NCBI RefSeq assembly: GCF_009914755.1
Contig: NC_060928.1
DNA length: 64,000 nucleotides
Direction: 5' to 3' (one strand)
DNA from: the human T2T-CHM13v2.0 reference genome, Homo sapiens
Shown here: one piece after another, positions 26,142 to 39,789 of the stretch
How positions within the stretch are numbered: the first letter of the stretch is position 1
How the letters are laid out: each line of letters opens with the position of its first letter
Translations under genes and position numbers: made by a program
The notes under the pieces: model-generated
Seen by the model: the letters and a program-made list of their open reading frames with translations, nothing else
What the model was told of the DNA's origin: nothing
The model's database searches: none

Positions 26142-26754
26142 CTCCTATTGATTATTTCTTCGAGTAACAAGTTTTTTTTAGGTTTTATTTTTGTAGGTTC
26201 TCATTCTTGATGTTGTTTCCCATAAGTGTCAAGCAGTCTTTCTAATGAAAAGTATATGCTTGAATTTTCTGACTACTAAAAATTATGGCACATAGGGTTC
26301 AAAGAGATATACTTGTAGCTTACCTTCAGAGAATGGTGTCATCCATTGACTTTTTTAACCTCTTCGGTCCAAATATCTATATTTTCTTCTTTACCATATG
26401 GATTAATCCCAATTCTTCCAGCTGTTCAACAAAGGATGAGTTTGGAGGAGACAGTGACTTATAAGTTGCTCCAATTTGATTCACCTATATTTGTCTCACA
26501 AATCCTTTTATCTCCTTATCTCAGGGTGAGCCCCATTTCCTACATGTCTCCTGCTTTCATTTCACCTCTCGCCTCTACATCTATACACTCTTTGTCTGAT
26601 CCCATCTGCAATTCTACTGATGTTCCTCTACCCACTTAGTACTCACTTAAATCTTCTAATGATTTCTCCAAAAATCTATGAGAGTTCCTCTTTCCCCCAA
26701 CATAATATACATGTATGTATGTGTATGTATGTTTATATGTATAACATAGTATAT

Positions 26755-26755
<1 letters not shown>

Positions 26756-26795
<40 letters not shown>
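26756..26795. repeat. (GT)20 microsatellite
   Basis: Uninterrupted GT run read directly. Confidence 0.97.
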
Positions 26796-26798
<3 letters not shown>

Positions 26799-27233
26799 CA
26801 AAGACTTCCCTTGACATAACTTTAGTCAGACTCTGCTAAACCCTCAAAGCTCCAACCTTGAGCTCTGTCCATGGCCTGTTTAGTCCAGTTTTAGCAATAA
26901 TTTTTCAGGTCAGTTTGGGAAAAATCATCCACTCTTGATATCTGATTAAATCCTCATTGCCCACCCCTGATATCTTATCACTCTGCCCTGTCTTCAGCAA
27001 AACTCCTGTCAAGTAGGTTTAGCCAAAATTGTCCTTATACATTATGATACCTTAGTAATTTTTTATTCTGTGACCTCTACCTATCTTTTTAGCTATAAAT
27101 CTCCATTTGTTCTTGTTATTTTTGGAGTTGAACCCAATCTCTCTCCTCTATGGAAAAACTTCACTGTTGTAGTCTCTCTTAAATAAAGTTCTCTTTCCCA
27201 TCTTTAACAAGGGCTATGAATAAATTTTTTATA
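26796..27233 (+). mobile_element. MER31 LTR (ERV1)
   Basis: gacaaagacttcccttgacataactttagtcagactc...; TATA gctataaat; AATAAA near 27182. Confidence 0.82.
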
Positions 27234-29480
27234 GTTACGGTACAGTGATTCAGATAGAATCAGACTCATCATTGGACTCCTGGACTTTTCACTCAGGACC
27301 CCAAGTGTGTATCTTTGAAGATTTCTTCTTCATTTCTGATTGATCTTGGATCCACTAGTACATCTAATTCCTGAGCCAGTGCTTGGTTGACAGTTTGTCG
27401 AACCATGGTAGGGACAGATTTTGATTCTTAGGATTTGGAGTATATCCTTGAAAGCTGGGTTACAGTCCCAGGCTTCTTTTGAAAGATACCTCCTGGGCTG
27501 CAAGTTCTTCTGCCTGGCTCCTTGTTTTGATTTGGATTCGATCCCTGACTTCTGGGCTGGAAAACAGTATTTTTTTTGGCGGGGGGTGGTGGTGGCTTTC
27601 CCTTTGATGTCTCTATTTAATCCTGCTCTGCTGATGGAACTTCTCAATCAACTGAAATCACCTTCTCAGATCCTTGCTAACCATATGTCCTGCCAACTCT
27701 ATCCACTTGTTTTTGTTGGCATAATTTTACTAAAGAGCATTTGGAACTATTTTAGCACCTTTGGAAAACTTAACATCTCCCCAAACTAAATCCTCTTGGA
27801 TCTCTCTCACCATTACCTCTGCTTTTCCACCTTTTCTTTTTACCACCTTTGATCTTCCATTTGGCTTTTGGCATCCTTTGCTATATCCTCCTTCAGTCCT
27901 CTGCCTCTTCCTCACCTCCATTCACCCTGCCAGACGTTTCTGCTCCCACTCCAGCTCCTCAGCTTCTTATAGGCACTTAGCCCTTTTGCCCAATCAGAGA
28001 TTCTCAAGCGATTCATCGATCCCCAAAAGCAACTATCAGAAGCTGAAAAGAAAAAAAGGCTAATTAGAAACAAACTGGATATTTTGTTTTCTTACATATT
28101 ACTTTTTTTTAAGATTATTAGTCTGCTTTTAATAAGAGATAGTAAAATGTTTTTCTTTACCTTTTCAATAATCTGCCTAGGAAACCACAATCTTGTGTCT
28201 TATCAAATTAATATCCCATGTGTTATGTTCACTTTTATCATGTCCTTAATCATTAAAAAAACCCCAAGACTTCTTACATATATTTTAGAGACTGGAATGC
28301 AGTGGCTCTTCACAGGTGTGATCATAGCATAGCACACTACAGCCTCAAATTCCTTGGCTCAAGTGTTTCTGCTGCTTCGGCCTCCCCAGTTGCTGGAAAT
28401 ACAAGTGTGTGCCACCAAACCAGGTACTAAATTAAATATTTCTAAGCCTTCCAGGAATATGGAAACTAATCCAAATGCTCTACATGTTCACATGACTTGG
28501 GTAAACATCTTTTGATAAATAAAATTAGTTCAATATTGTTAGTTAAATAAAAATTGGTATTTCATCATTAATTATAATATTGGCATATATTTTTATTCTA
28601 CCTGGATTTACTAGTTAATTAAGGTGTTTATTTCTATTATTAGATGTTTAAGATTATTAAAAATAAAAATTCAACCTAAGAACAAATGTACAAGTAAAGA
28701 TACAATCAAATGTATGTACAAGTACAAGTAATGTACAAGTAAAGATACAATAAAAATGAACTGCTTGAAATACATTACTTCATGTATATCAAGCACAGAA
28801 ATAAAAATAAACAAAACTTCACGTATTTAACTTTTTAGGTTTATGCTTTTGTGATGCTTTGCATACCGTGCAAGTGCTATAAAATACTTAACAGGGAAAT
28901 AACTTGAGATGAGAGTTAGCTTTGTTTAATGTTATCATATGTCTGCCTAAAGATAATTTTTAAAATAACTTGTAACTAAAGCTATGCCAAGTTAAGTAAT
29001 AGATATTTATTAAATGTCTGGGCCATTTCTAAATAAAGTAAACTACTGAAACTTAATTACTAACATATGTTCAAGATTACATACTTTTGACATCTTATGG
29101 AATACAGAGACTATGATTATATATGTTCTGTTAATAAACAGTTTTATGCCATCTAAAAATTATACTTTGGAAATGTATATGCCTCTTTAATTATAAAATA
29201 GTATATGCATACATTTGTTACTCTGCTAGAGAATGCTAGTAAATGACAATTTTCTACTTCCTGGTTTTCTCTGTAAAAGGAAGTTAGTTATTAATGGTTA
29301 AAAATATAATCAATATATATATAACTAAACTAGAAATAATAAGAGTGAATGAAGCAAACAACTCAGTATATAAAATATGCAAAAACGTATGTGTTTTTAA
29401 TAAGGAAAAATACACTGGGATAAATGATTTGTTTTCATTAAAGGAAAAAGAGAGTAGTTTTATCCTATGGAATTATGACT
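27234..29480 (+). mobile_element. ERV1 non-autonomous internal sequence (MER31-int/MER4-group-like), decayed; no 3' LTR seen
   Basis: PBS-like ggtacagtgattcagat right after the LTR; AT-rich internal motifs such as ttcacatgacttgggtaaa...tttgataaataaaattagtt. Confidence 0.68.
28283..28425 (-). mobile_element. FAM (fossil Alu monomer)
   Basis: gcagtggctcttcacaggtgtgatcatagc retains the 7SL-like segment that dimeric Alus lack. Confidence 0.8.
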
Positions 29481-30274
29481 ATTGATATCCATAGATAGTT
29501 TTTAAATTTTCCTAAACTAGATGAAGTGGTTAATACAGGTTGAAAGTATGTTTATGAGCCCACTATTGAAAAAAAATAAAGAAAAATGTCCTAAATTTCA
29601 AGATCATGCATTTGAGTTTTATTTAGAATGGAACAAACAGTCATTAAAAATTCTGGATGAATGCTGTTATCATGAAAATGTTTAGGAAAGTGAATATGAC
29701 AATAGACAGTAAAATAATTTAGAATAAAAGAAACAGAAAAGTAGGTTTACTGTTAGAGAAAAATTTCAATAGGACTGAGTAATTAAAGATCAAACAGGTA
29801 TGGGAACACAGTGTTAGGAAGAATCACAGATATTATTAAATTCAAATACCTTAGTGTGCAATGAAGAAAATTAAATTTAGATATGCACAGAGACTTCTTC
29901 AAGGAATTACTGTTCATTTAAAGGAGTACATTCTAAGGCAGAATACAGTCATTTTTATTCTCAATCCAGGGTTCTATTACTCTTTTCTGTGATTTTAATA
30001 TCAAATTTTGGTCATATTTTAAAACTTATTTTGGGTTTATTCTTTTAGGAGTTCAATTCAATTCTGACACCTTGTACTTAAAAAATATTGATAACCTCCG
30101 TTTTAAATCAATATTGCCAATCAAATTTATAATGTACACGCACATTTATTTTGCAAATAATTTTCAGTTGAAACAATGGAAATAGAATTCATGAGTTATT
30201 TCATGCAAATTTTAACCTTTAGCTTTTGATTGAACATCTAGAGTATTCTTCCAGTCAAATTTTAATCTTAGATG

Positions 30275-30445
30275 GTAGAATGCAGAATCCATCAATCTAG
30301 ACAAATCTAGAATTAATGTAAGCTTGACCACCCACTAGCTCTTTGACTTTGAGTAAGGTCTTTGAACTCTGTGGGTTTTAGATTTTCAATCTGTGAATTT
30401 AGAAAGCAGTTCAGAGGCTCTCTGAGTCCCTTCCATCTCTAACAG
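30275..30445 (+). mobile_element. MIR3/MIR fragment
   Basis: cactagctctttgactttgagtaaggtctttgaactctgtggg...tctctgagtcccttccatctctaac. Confidence 0.65.
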
Positions 30446-30647
30446 TCATTCATCTTATCATCTCTAAAATTCTGAAATTCAACAGAATCCAAAGCTTATT
30501 ATGAGCTAATAGTTTCCATGACAATCATTGTATACTTGTGTACACAAGTTCTGAGGCCATTAGATTTGTAATAGGTTCAAAATTTGTGGAGAGTGACATG
30601 AAAGCCTTTGCGTTTCAGTGTATCCATATGTATATATATATAGATAG

Positions 30648-31050
<403 letters not shown>

Positions 31051-33427
31051 TAGAATTAGAATATTCATAGCACCTAGTTCAGAAGGTGTGTGAACTTCTG
31101 AACTATGAGAATGGTGTGTCGTAAAATTCACCATTGGCTTACACATATGCTTACACTCTTGGTATATTTTATGACGTGCCAGTCTCACAGCAATGATTAA
31201 AACAATACCTAGCACATAAGACTCAAAAATGATAGTTGTTATCATCAACCTTCCCAATGTGGTCACCTTGCTCTCTCATCAGTTGTTATGTATTAGTAGT
31301 GTATTTGACAGTTGTTACATAGTTACCATTATGTAGCATGCCAAATATTTAATAAACCATTCACTAATGTTCAAAAGCTAGAATGGAGCTATGTGTTCAT
31401 CTTTATTCAGAAAACAATGTACTGAGGACATTTCTGCCCAATGTAGAAAATTTCAAGCCAGACCACAGTTTTTTAAAAAGCTCTCTCTATTGCCCTAATT
31501 TCCAACTGTCTTTTAATATTTCCCCAGTATCTTAAACTGAGTTAAAAACCAGGAAGCTTTTCTTCACTGGATTAAAAATATAAAACAAATAAATAAGTTA
31601 CAAAACAAATAAGCAAGCTACAAAACAGATTCTGGGCAATTTTTCTTCTGTCTTCTTCCTTTCTTTCCATCTTCCAGCTCTTTAATATTTATTTTCATAT
31701 TCCTGTTTCTGAAATCCCTTCACTTTGTTAACTTCTTGATTTCTATAGTCTGCTAGATAAATGTGATTCTTGCTTTTCTCAGGAAAGAGGAACTAATTTT
31801 GAATTGAAGGTGTGATAAAACTCTCAGTCACTCCCATGTGTACCTGTACAACAGAGACAAACCAGAACTGTGGAAAAAGTAAAACTAGTTGCATTAGCTG
31901 CAAACTTGTTATTGGAAGGAGTAAACCTCTGTACATATCAACCAATATTAAAAAAAAACCTTGATTATAAACAACTTGATTAAACCATAGGAAATGGAGT
32001 ATAAGGCCTTTAAAAAAGAAAGCAACGTCCAAGCAGAGACTGGAATGGAAGGTGATGATGGTAGGCCAGAAAGAGTCAGCAGAATTTGAAAAATCCAAAA
32101 AAGAATTTTTTTTAGGATGTTCAATGGTTTCACGAAAAGGAACTGGAAATTGTATTAGAAATGAGAAATTGTATTTAAATAGTCTAACATTTTTATTATG
32201 TAGACTACTACAAATATAGCTTGGGTTCAAAATTTCTCAATTTTTGCTTTGCTTTGCTTTCATTAAGTCACCTATAATGGACATATATTAGTAAGTAGAC
32301 TCAAAAACTCCAAATTTAATATGCTTTACATAGAACATTTTTTACTATTTACAAGTTACCGCATAGGAACGTTAATACTTGATGATGAGAAATAAGACAG
32401 ATTTACATGTTACTCAGCTCATTCACTTAATAATTAATTTTATTTACCCACCATTCAAGGGAAATTCCATTTTGAAACTTTCTTTGCTAATTTGAGAAGA
32501 GGTTTCTTGTGCATAACAAAGCTCTATTTTATATGATCTATAGAAATATTTGTAATTACAATATTATTAGAATCAATCTTCTGCCATCCATAAGTTACAG
32601 TATGAAATTCATTTTAGAGAATTTTTACCAACATGGATTTCTTTCCTACCTGTTTTTTATCTTAAAGTTAAAAATCCTTGTTATTAACCTATTTTTCTCT
32701 TTTCTTTTCATGGTTGTCCCAAATTTTTTAAAATGATAACTAATAGATGAGCAGATTGCTGGACAATTTTAAAAACCTAAATTAAAGTCACAAGAACAGA
32801 ATTTCTTTCAGAACCCACTAACTAATTAATTGTAAAACTTTAGAAAAACCCTTTAACCTGTGGGTGAGTTTACCTATATTTTCTGAGATATTTTCTAAAT
32901 TAAAATACTTTGTCATTAACTCTCCTCTGAGCTGACATTGTGAGACATGTTTTCAAAGATGTTTCTTATGATGAAAACATGACAAACATGACAATGATAT
33001 TATAAATCTTTTCATTTCCGCCACAGTTTTCAAGAAAAAGATATGGCAGACAAAGAGTTGGTAGATATTCTTAAAAATTGTTATTGAAATTTACAGTAGA
33101 GGCAATCAGGTAATAACCCTGTGTTTTCTGAACTAAAAACTCAACCTTTTCTCACTCAGTGGACTCTAAACTAGAGAGAAGTACAACTTTTGCTGAAGAG
33201 ATAAAAAAGCTGTAATAATAATGAAATCTGCATCACACCACTACAATTTCTACCAATATGATTATGTCAGATGTGACAAATTTTGAAAAGGTCTGTACAA
33301 CTATCACCTATGCACCTCTACACTCCAGACAATTCTAAAGAAAGAAGGAAGAGAGGCTGTGATTTTTTTGTGAGGGTGGGGGAAAATATAATGGTACTAA
33401 TACTTTACTACAAGGCAGAGGTAGCTA

Positions 33428-33506
33428 TTAGGTTGGTACAAAAGTAATTGCGGTATTGCCATTAAAAGCAATGGCAAAAACCACAATTACTTTTGCACCA
33501 ACCTAA
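33428..33506. mobile_element. MADE1 (Hsmar1 MITE), well-preserved hairpin
   Basis: ttaggttggtacaaaagtaattgcggtattgccatt-aaaagc-aatggcaaaaaccacaattacttttgcaccaacctaa; TA at 33426-27. Confidence 0.95.
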
Positions 33507-34562
33507 TCATAGGCACTTGTGAATTATGTAAAGATTATATGTAAGACCAATTATTTGATATGTGAGATAAACACGATACTCTTGAGCAATTTATGGGCTA
33601 TATATAATTTGTACAAACACAGTGGACATATTCTCATTAGGATAATGGTACTTTATAGTGTCCAAAAAATAAATCATACGTTATGGTAATATGATCTCAT
33701 GAAACCCTAAGGTGATCTGAATCCTGGAGTAGAATTGTGAAATCAAAGCTCTATTTTTAGTTATTTTTTGACTGTACACATGTAGTGGTGGGCAGGCCAT
33801 CAATCTCTGGGAACCTGTGTTCCCTCCTGGACAATGCCTATCTTAATCTTACAAAATAAAGGAATAAAGTATGCTTAAGCATATTAAATAACTTCAGAAA
33901 TTCTTGTGTGGCTTTTTGTTTCAAATCTAAATATACTTCTATTTTCAGTAACTGAGTTTTTCTCTAATATTATTTTTTGAATAAACTTAAAAAAAAATCC
34001 CAGAATTTCCTGGTTTTTAAAAAGCGTATTGTTGTTTCTTTATTTCCTCTAAGTTGATATGTCAAAAGTTTAAATGGGGAATGTGATGGCCAGTTTTATG
34101 TGTTAACTTGACTAAACATCAGATGCCATATATCTGGTTAGACATAATTTCTTAGTGTGTCTGTAAGGATGTTTTAGGAAGAGATTGGCAATTCACTTCG
34201 TGGACTGAGTAAATCAGATGGCCCTCCCCAGTGTGCATAGACAGGCATCATCCAAACCTTTGAGGGACTGAGTAGAACAAAATGGCAGGGGAAAGTTGAA
34301 TTCACAGTCAGCAATGACTGCTAAGCTGGGACATCCATCCTCTTCTATTTGTGATCCTGGTTCTCAGGACTTTAGAATCAGAATGGAATCTATACCACTG
34401 TATCTCTGGCTGTAAGGCTCTCAGGTCTTTCAAATACATTACTGGCTTTCCTGGGTATCCAGCTTGTAGATGGCAGATTACTGAACTTCTTAGCCTCTAC
34501 ATGGTGTAAACCACTTCCTTTATTAAGTCTTATTTTTAATTTCATTTATGTATACAAATCAG

Positions 34563-36950
34563 CGGGCATACCTTGTGTTTTTTTTTAAATTCCTCTTTAT
34601 TGTTCTTCAAAGATATTGAGGTTTTTACAAATTGAAAGATTGTGGCAACCCTGGGTTAGGGAAGTCAGCACCATTTTTCCAACAGCATGTGATCACACTG
34701 TGTCTCTCTGTTATAATTAGATGATTCTTACAATATTTCAAACTCTTTCATTATTATTATAACTGTTATGGTGATATGTGATTCGTGATCTTTGATGGTA
34801 CTATTGTCACTGTTTTGGGCTGCCATAAGCCATGCTCATATAAGATGGTAAAATTAATCCATAAATGTTGTGTGTGTTCTATCTGCTCCACCAACCAGCT
34901 GTTTTCAGTCATGCTCCCTTTCCTCAGGCCTCCCTATTCCCTGAAATTAGGCTAATAGCCCTACAATGGCCTCTAAGTGTTCAAGTGAAAGGAAGAGTGG
35001 CACGTCACTCACTTTTCATCAAAAGCTAGAAATGATTAAACTTAGTGAAGAAGGCATGTCAAAAGCTTTAGATATGCTGAAAACTATGTCTCTTGCCCAA
35101 AACAGCCAAGTTGTGAATGAAAAGAAAAAGTTCTTGAAATAAATTCAAAGTGCTGCTCCAGCAAACACATGAATGGTAAGAAAGCAAAACAGCCTTATGC
35201 TGATATGGAGAAAGTTTTGGTAGCTTAGATAGATTAGTCCAGCCACAATGTTCCCTTAAATCAAAGCCTAATCCAGAGCAATGCTCTATTTCTCTTCAAT
35301 TCTATGAAGGCTGAGAGAGGTGAGGAAGCTGGAGAAGAAAAGTTTGAAGTCAGCAAACCTTATAATATTTACAAAATAAGACATGTCCCTAAAATGAAAG
35401 TACAAAATGAAGTAACAAGTGAGGCTATAGAAGCTGCGGCAAGTTATCCAGAAGATCTAAGATAGTTGATAAAGGTGGCTACATTAAACAACAGATTTTT
35501 CAATGTAGATAAAACAGCCTTCTACTGAAAGCAGAAGCCATCTAGGACTTTCATAGCTAGAGCAGAGAGGTCAATGCCTGGCTTCAAAGCATCAAAGGGC
35601 AGACCAACTCTCTTGTTAGAGGCACATGCAGCTGTTGACTTCAAGTTTAAGCCAGTGCTTATGTACCATTCTAAAAATCATGGGCACTTTCAGAGTTACG
35701 TTGACTCTACTCTGCCTTTGTTCTATAAATGGAACAATAAAGCCTGGTCATCCAGTATATCTCTTTACTACATGGTTTATGGGATATTTTAAACTCACTG
35801 TTGAGACCTATTGCTCAGAACAAAAGATTTATTTCAAAATATTACTGCTCATTAATAATGCATCCAGTCACTCCAAAGCTCTGGTAGAGACAGATGTACA
35901 ATAAGATTAATGTTGTTTTAATGTCTGCTAACAAAAACTATTCTTTGGCCCATGGCTCAAGAAATAATTTTGACTTTCAAGTTTTATAATTTTTAAAATA
36001 AATTTTGTAAAGCTATAGCTGCCATAGTTACTGATTCCTCTGATGAATCTGGGCAAAGAAAATTGACCACCTCCCAGAAAGAATTCAACATTCTAGATGT
36101 CACTAAGAACATTTGTGATTTATGGAAGGAAGTCAAAATATCAACATTAACAGGACTTTAGAAGTGGATTCCAAAATGTATGAATAACTTTGAGACATTA
36201 AAGACTTCAGTGGAGGCAGTCACTGCAAATGAGGTGGAAATAGTGAGAGAATTCAAATTATAAGTGGAGCATCATGATGTCATTGAATTGCCACAATCTC
36301 ATGATAAAACTTGAACAGATGAAGAGTTGCTTCTTATGGATATACAAACGAAGTGGTTTCTTGAGACAGAATCCACTTCTGGTGAAGATGCTATATACAT
36401 TGTTGAAATGACAAGCAAGTATTTTAAATATTAAATAAACTTGGCTGATAAAACAGTGGCTGGGCTCAAGAGGACTGACTCCAATTTTGAAAGAAATTTC
36501 TACTGTGGGTAAAATTCTATCAAACAGCATGGTATACTACACAAAATCTTTCCTAAAAGGAAGAACCAATCCATGCAACAAACTTTGTTTTCTTTTCTTT
36601 TTTTTTTTTTTTTTTTTTTTTTGAAGAACATGCCACAGCCTCTCCAACATTCAGCTATCACCACCCTGATCAGTTAGCAGCCATCAACATTCAGGCAAGG
36701 CCTTCCATTAGCAAAAAGAATACCTCTCACCAAAGACTTAGGTCGTGTTAATATTTTTTAGCAATAAAATATTTTTAATTAAGGTAAGTACGTCGGTTGT
36801 TTTAGACATAATGGTATTACTCATTTAACAGTCTACAGTAGAGCATAAAAATATCTTTTATATATACTGAGAAACAAACAAAAAGAATGTGTGACTTGTT
36901 TTATTGCAGTGGTCTGCAACTGGACCTGCAGTATATTTGAAGTGTGCCTG
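34563..36950 (+). mobile_element. Tigger1 DNA transposon, essentially full length (~2.39 kb)
   Basis: Termini cgggcatacct... and ...agtgtgcctg followed by TA; internal pogo-like transposase. Confidence 0.95.
34966..36740 (+). pseudogene. Tigger1 transposase (TIGD1-like), disrupted by stops and frameshifts
   Basis: MASKCSSERKSGTSLTFHQKLEMIKLSEEGMSK from ATG 34966; fragments MPGFKASKGRPTLLL...YKWNNKAW and [21 protein letters not shown]. Confidence 0.9.
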
Positions 36951-36967
36951 TATATTTATGTCTGTAT

Positions 36968-36992
36968 ATAGATATATAGATGATTGATAGAT

Positions 36993-37032
<40 letters not shown>

Positions 37033-37045
37033 GATATTGATAGAT
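36968..37045. repeat. (GATA)n tetranucleotide microsatellite
   Basis: agatagatagat... run read directly. Confidence 0.93.
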
Positions 37046-37106
37046 ACGTTCTGTTTCTCTGGAGAACCGAGAGTCCTGACTATCACAGGAGATGTAAAAA
37101 ACATGA

Positions 37107-37424
37107 GGTTGGCTGTGGTGGCTCACGCCTGTAATTCTAGCACTTTGGGATGCCGAGGCAGGTGGATAATTTTGAGGTCAGGAGTTTGAGACCAACCTGG
37201 CCCACATGGTGAAATCCCACCTTTATTAAAAATACAAAAATTAGTTGGCAGTGGTGGCACACACCTGTAATCCCAGCTACTCAGGAGGATGAGGCAGGAG
37301 AATCTCTTGAGCCTTGGAGGTGGAGTTTGCAGTGAGCCGAGGTCATGAAACTGCACACTCCAACCGGGGTGACAGAGTAAGAATCTGTCAAAAACAAAAA
37401 CAAAAACAAAAACAAAAACAAAAC
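37107..37424 (+). mobile_element. Alu (older S or Jb-like) with (AAAAAC)n tail
   Basis: Full dimer; TSD aaaacatga at 37098-106 and 37425-33. Confidence 0.93.
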
Positions 37425-39789
37425 AAAACATGAAGTCTCTTCCAAACACCATATATACAACATGGTCAGGTATGAAGGAGCTATCCACGGCTCCCAAGAC
37501 CAAGGTATAACCAGTTCTTAAGTTTGTGAGGAGGTAAATAGACATTAATGATATTCTTCATGGACTTATGAGGAAATTTTTTTTTTTGGAGCTTTACATT
37601 TGGACTACTGTGATTCTTTATCCCACTTAATTAGATCCAGGCATCCACCAGGAGAGATTTCAATATTCTTCATCTGTTCATAGGCCTCCCTCATGTCTTC
37701 CCTAAGCCTCACTCTTGCATTGATAGACAGTTTTTACGTAGATTACAGATATTTTTTTTCTAGAAATTCTCTTAGTACCAACTTAAATGGTAGCACTTTT
37801 TGTCTCACCATCTTAGGCGATTTACAGAATGGAATTTGTGTTATTGATAATTTAAATAACTCTGCTTTACATTTGGTAAACATACTAATAGCATTAGCTT
37901 ATAAATAGCATTTTACAGCCTTCTGAATGAGCAGTAAATTCTTTTAAAATATTGTGGGGAGAAAAGCATGTAACATTGAGAGTTATCCTCAGAATCCTAA
38001 GATCTAAAATTACACAGCAGAAAGAAGTATGAGATATTAGGATTATCTTACTATTTTTGCAAGTTTTTAATTATAATGATTATAATTCATATACATCATT
38101 ATATATACTATTTAGTTCTAGTGTCACTAATGAAATATATTTTATCACCTACCTCTAAAGATACTATGAACATTACCCTATTTTTTTCCAAAAAATAAGT
38201 TGAATATTTTCCGAGATATTGATTTTGATAACAGTGATTCAAATTTGGAAAAAGTAATTATGGTTACATAATTTTAAAATACTTTTATCAGTATCTCCTA
38301 ACTTTCCAATAAATAACTTCAATAATAACATATTTGAATTTTAGGCAACATATTATATAAGATAATGGTATTGAAATGTGGAGATAATTATTGGGCTTTA
38401 CAACTGAAGCCACATCAAGTATAATGTTAGCATGAGAAAAACAGAGAGAGAAAGAGAATTGTTGGGATCTATAATATATGCTACATTAATTGGAATAGTA
38501 GTATGAGACAGACTGAACATGAGAGAGAGTAAGAGAGAGTAGCTTTAAGTGAAAAAATCATTCCCAATAAAATAAATTATTTGGATAACAGTAAAAGAAG
38601 TTGAGGTCAGGTTAATAGAATTAAAATACTTATTGTGAGTTAAATTTTTAAAAATCACAATGTTCCCTACATTCTAATATTAAGGGCATAACAAAATTTA
38701 TCTCTTTATTGTACTGTGTACATTTCATTTTTATTTTCCAATAGTACAAATTTTAATCAAGTGTTCTATTTTTTACTGTTAACAGTACTATAAATATGAG
38801 CCGGGTTAAATATTACATTTTCAATAGTTTTTTTATTATACACATAGACACATGCATTGTAATAGACTGTTGAGAAAATTAGGATTTATCTTTAGCCTTT
38901 GGTTTCATTTTTCTCTAAATCATTGCAATGTAAAGGATATATCAAGTTTTCTTTGAAATAATTGGGTTGTAACCAAGTGTAATTGGGTTGAAACCAAGTG
39001 AAAGCACACACCGAATATTAAATTTATATTTAACAAAAATTTTTAAGAGAAAATGTTTATTTTTGCTGTAAATAATTTAATTTTTTACTTTTTTAACTTC
39101 TCATTTAGAAAACCAACTAGAGCATCAAAACTATTTTTTTAAAAGATAAAAACTACATTTTCATCTAAATGAGGAGACAGAAAATCTTGCAAATTCCTTA
39201 TCTGTTCTAAATGTGGCCAAAGGGCTAAGCCAGCTAGCAAGCCCACATGGGAAGAAGACTTGGGAGGAAAATCTTCTTGTGGTTGTATATTTCAAGTACC
39301 TCTAGCATCTATCCACTCCCAGAATAAAAAAAGTTCCATCCTGATAATAATCTGTAGTAAGTATAATATTATCACTGTAAATTGAGAAGAAAGAAGGCAC
39401 AAAAGTGTGTGGGAATACCCAGAGGTGACTGATCTCATAAAGTCCCTGCCAAATACAACTTCTAAAAGTGACTGCTTCACATTTAAAGAAAAGGACTCTG
39501 TCTCTTGGAAACAGTGGACTGTACAGAAATGAAAGAAAACACAGTCCATTAGTAGAAGTCCTTATGAAATAGATTAGGTTCTGAGGGTCACAGGAAGAGT
39601 GGCCACACACTGGTGGCATGAATTAAGAAAACAGTCCACCACTATAATAACAGAGGTGGGAGACCTTAAAATGTGAAACCTCACAAGCTACTCCCTTTCT
39701 CCAGTCCACAAAAACCTCTTGCTATTAGTCAGAAAAATTAATTCATTCCAACACAAATGCCAGAAAAGGAATACTCAAAGATTCATAGA

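Larger units (their letters stand above)
34082..37087 (+). mobile_element. MLT2 (B/C-like, ERVL) solo LTR split by Tigger1 (pieces 34082-~34555 and ~36951-37087)
   Basis: tgtgatggccagttttatgtgttaacttgact start; end gttctgtttctctggagaacc...ctgactatcaca. Confidence 0.88.

Noticed and set aside
27330-28063. Cluster of 100-122 aa ORFs after the MER31 LTR
   Set aside because: No gag, pol or env motifs; decayed internal sequence
31793-32230. 145-aa minus-strand ORF
   Set aside because: F/L/S-rich composition expected from a T-rich strand; no recognisable domain
34966-36740. Possible domesticated TIGD1-like gene
   Set aside because: Multiple stops and frameshifts; the longest open pieces are under 100 aa
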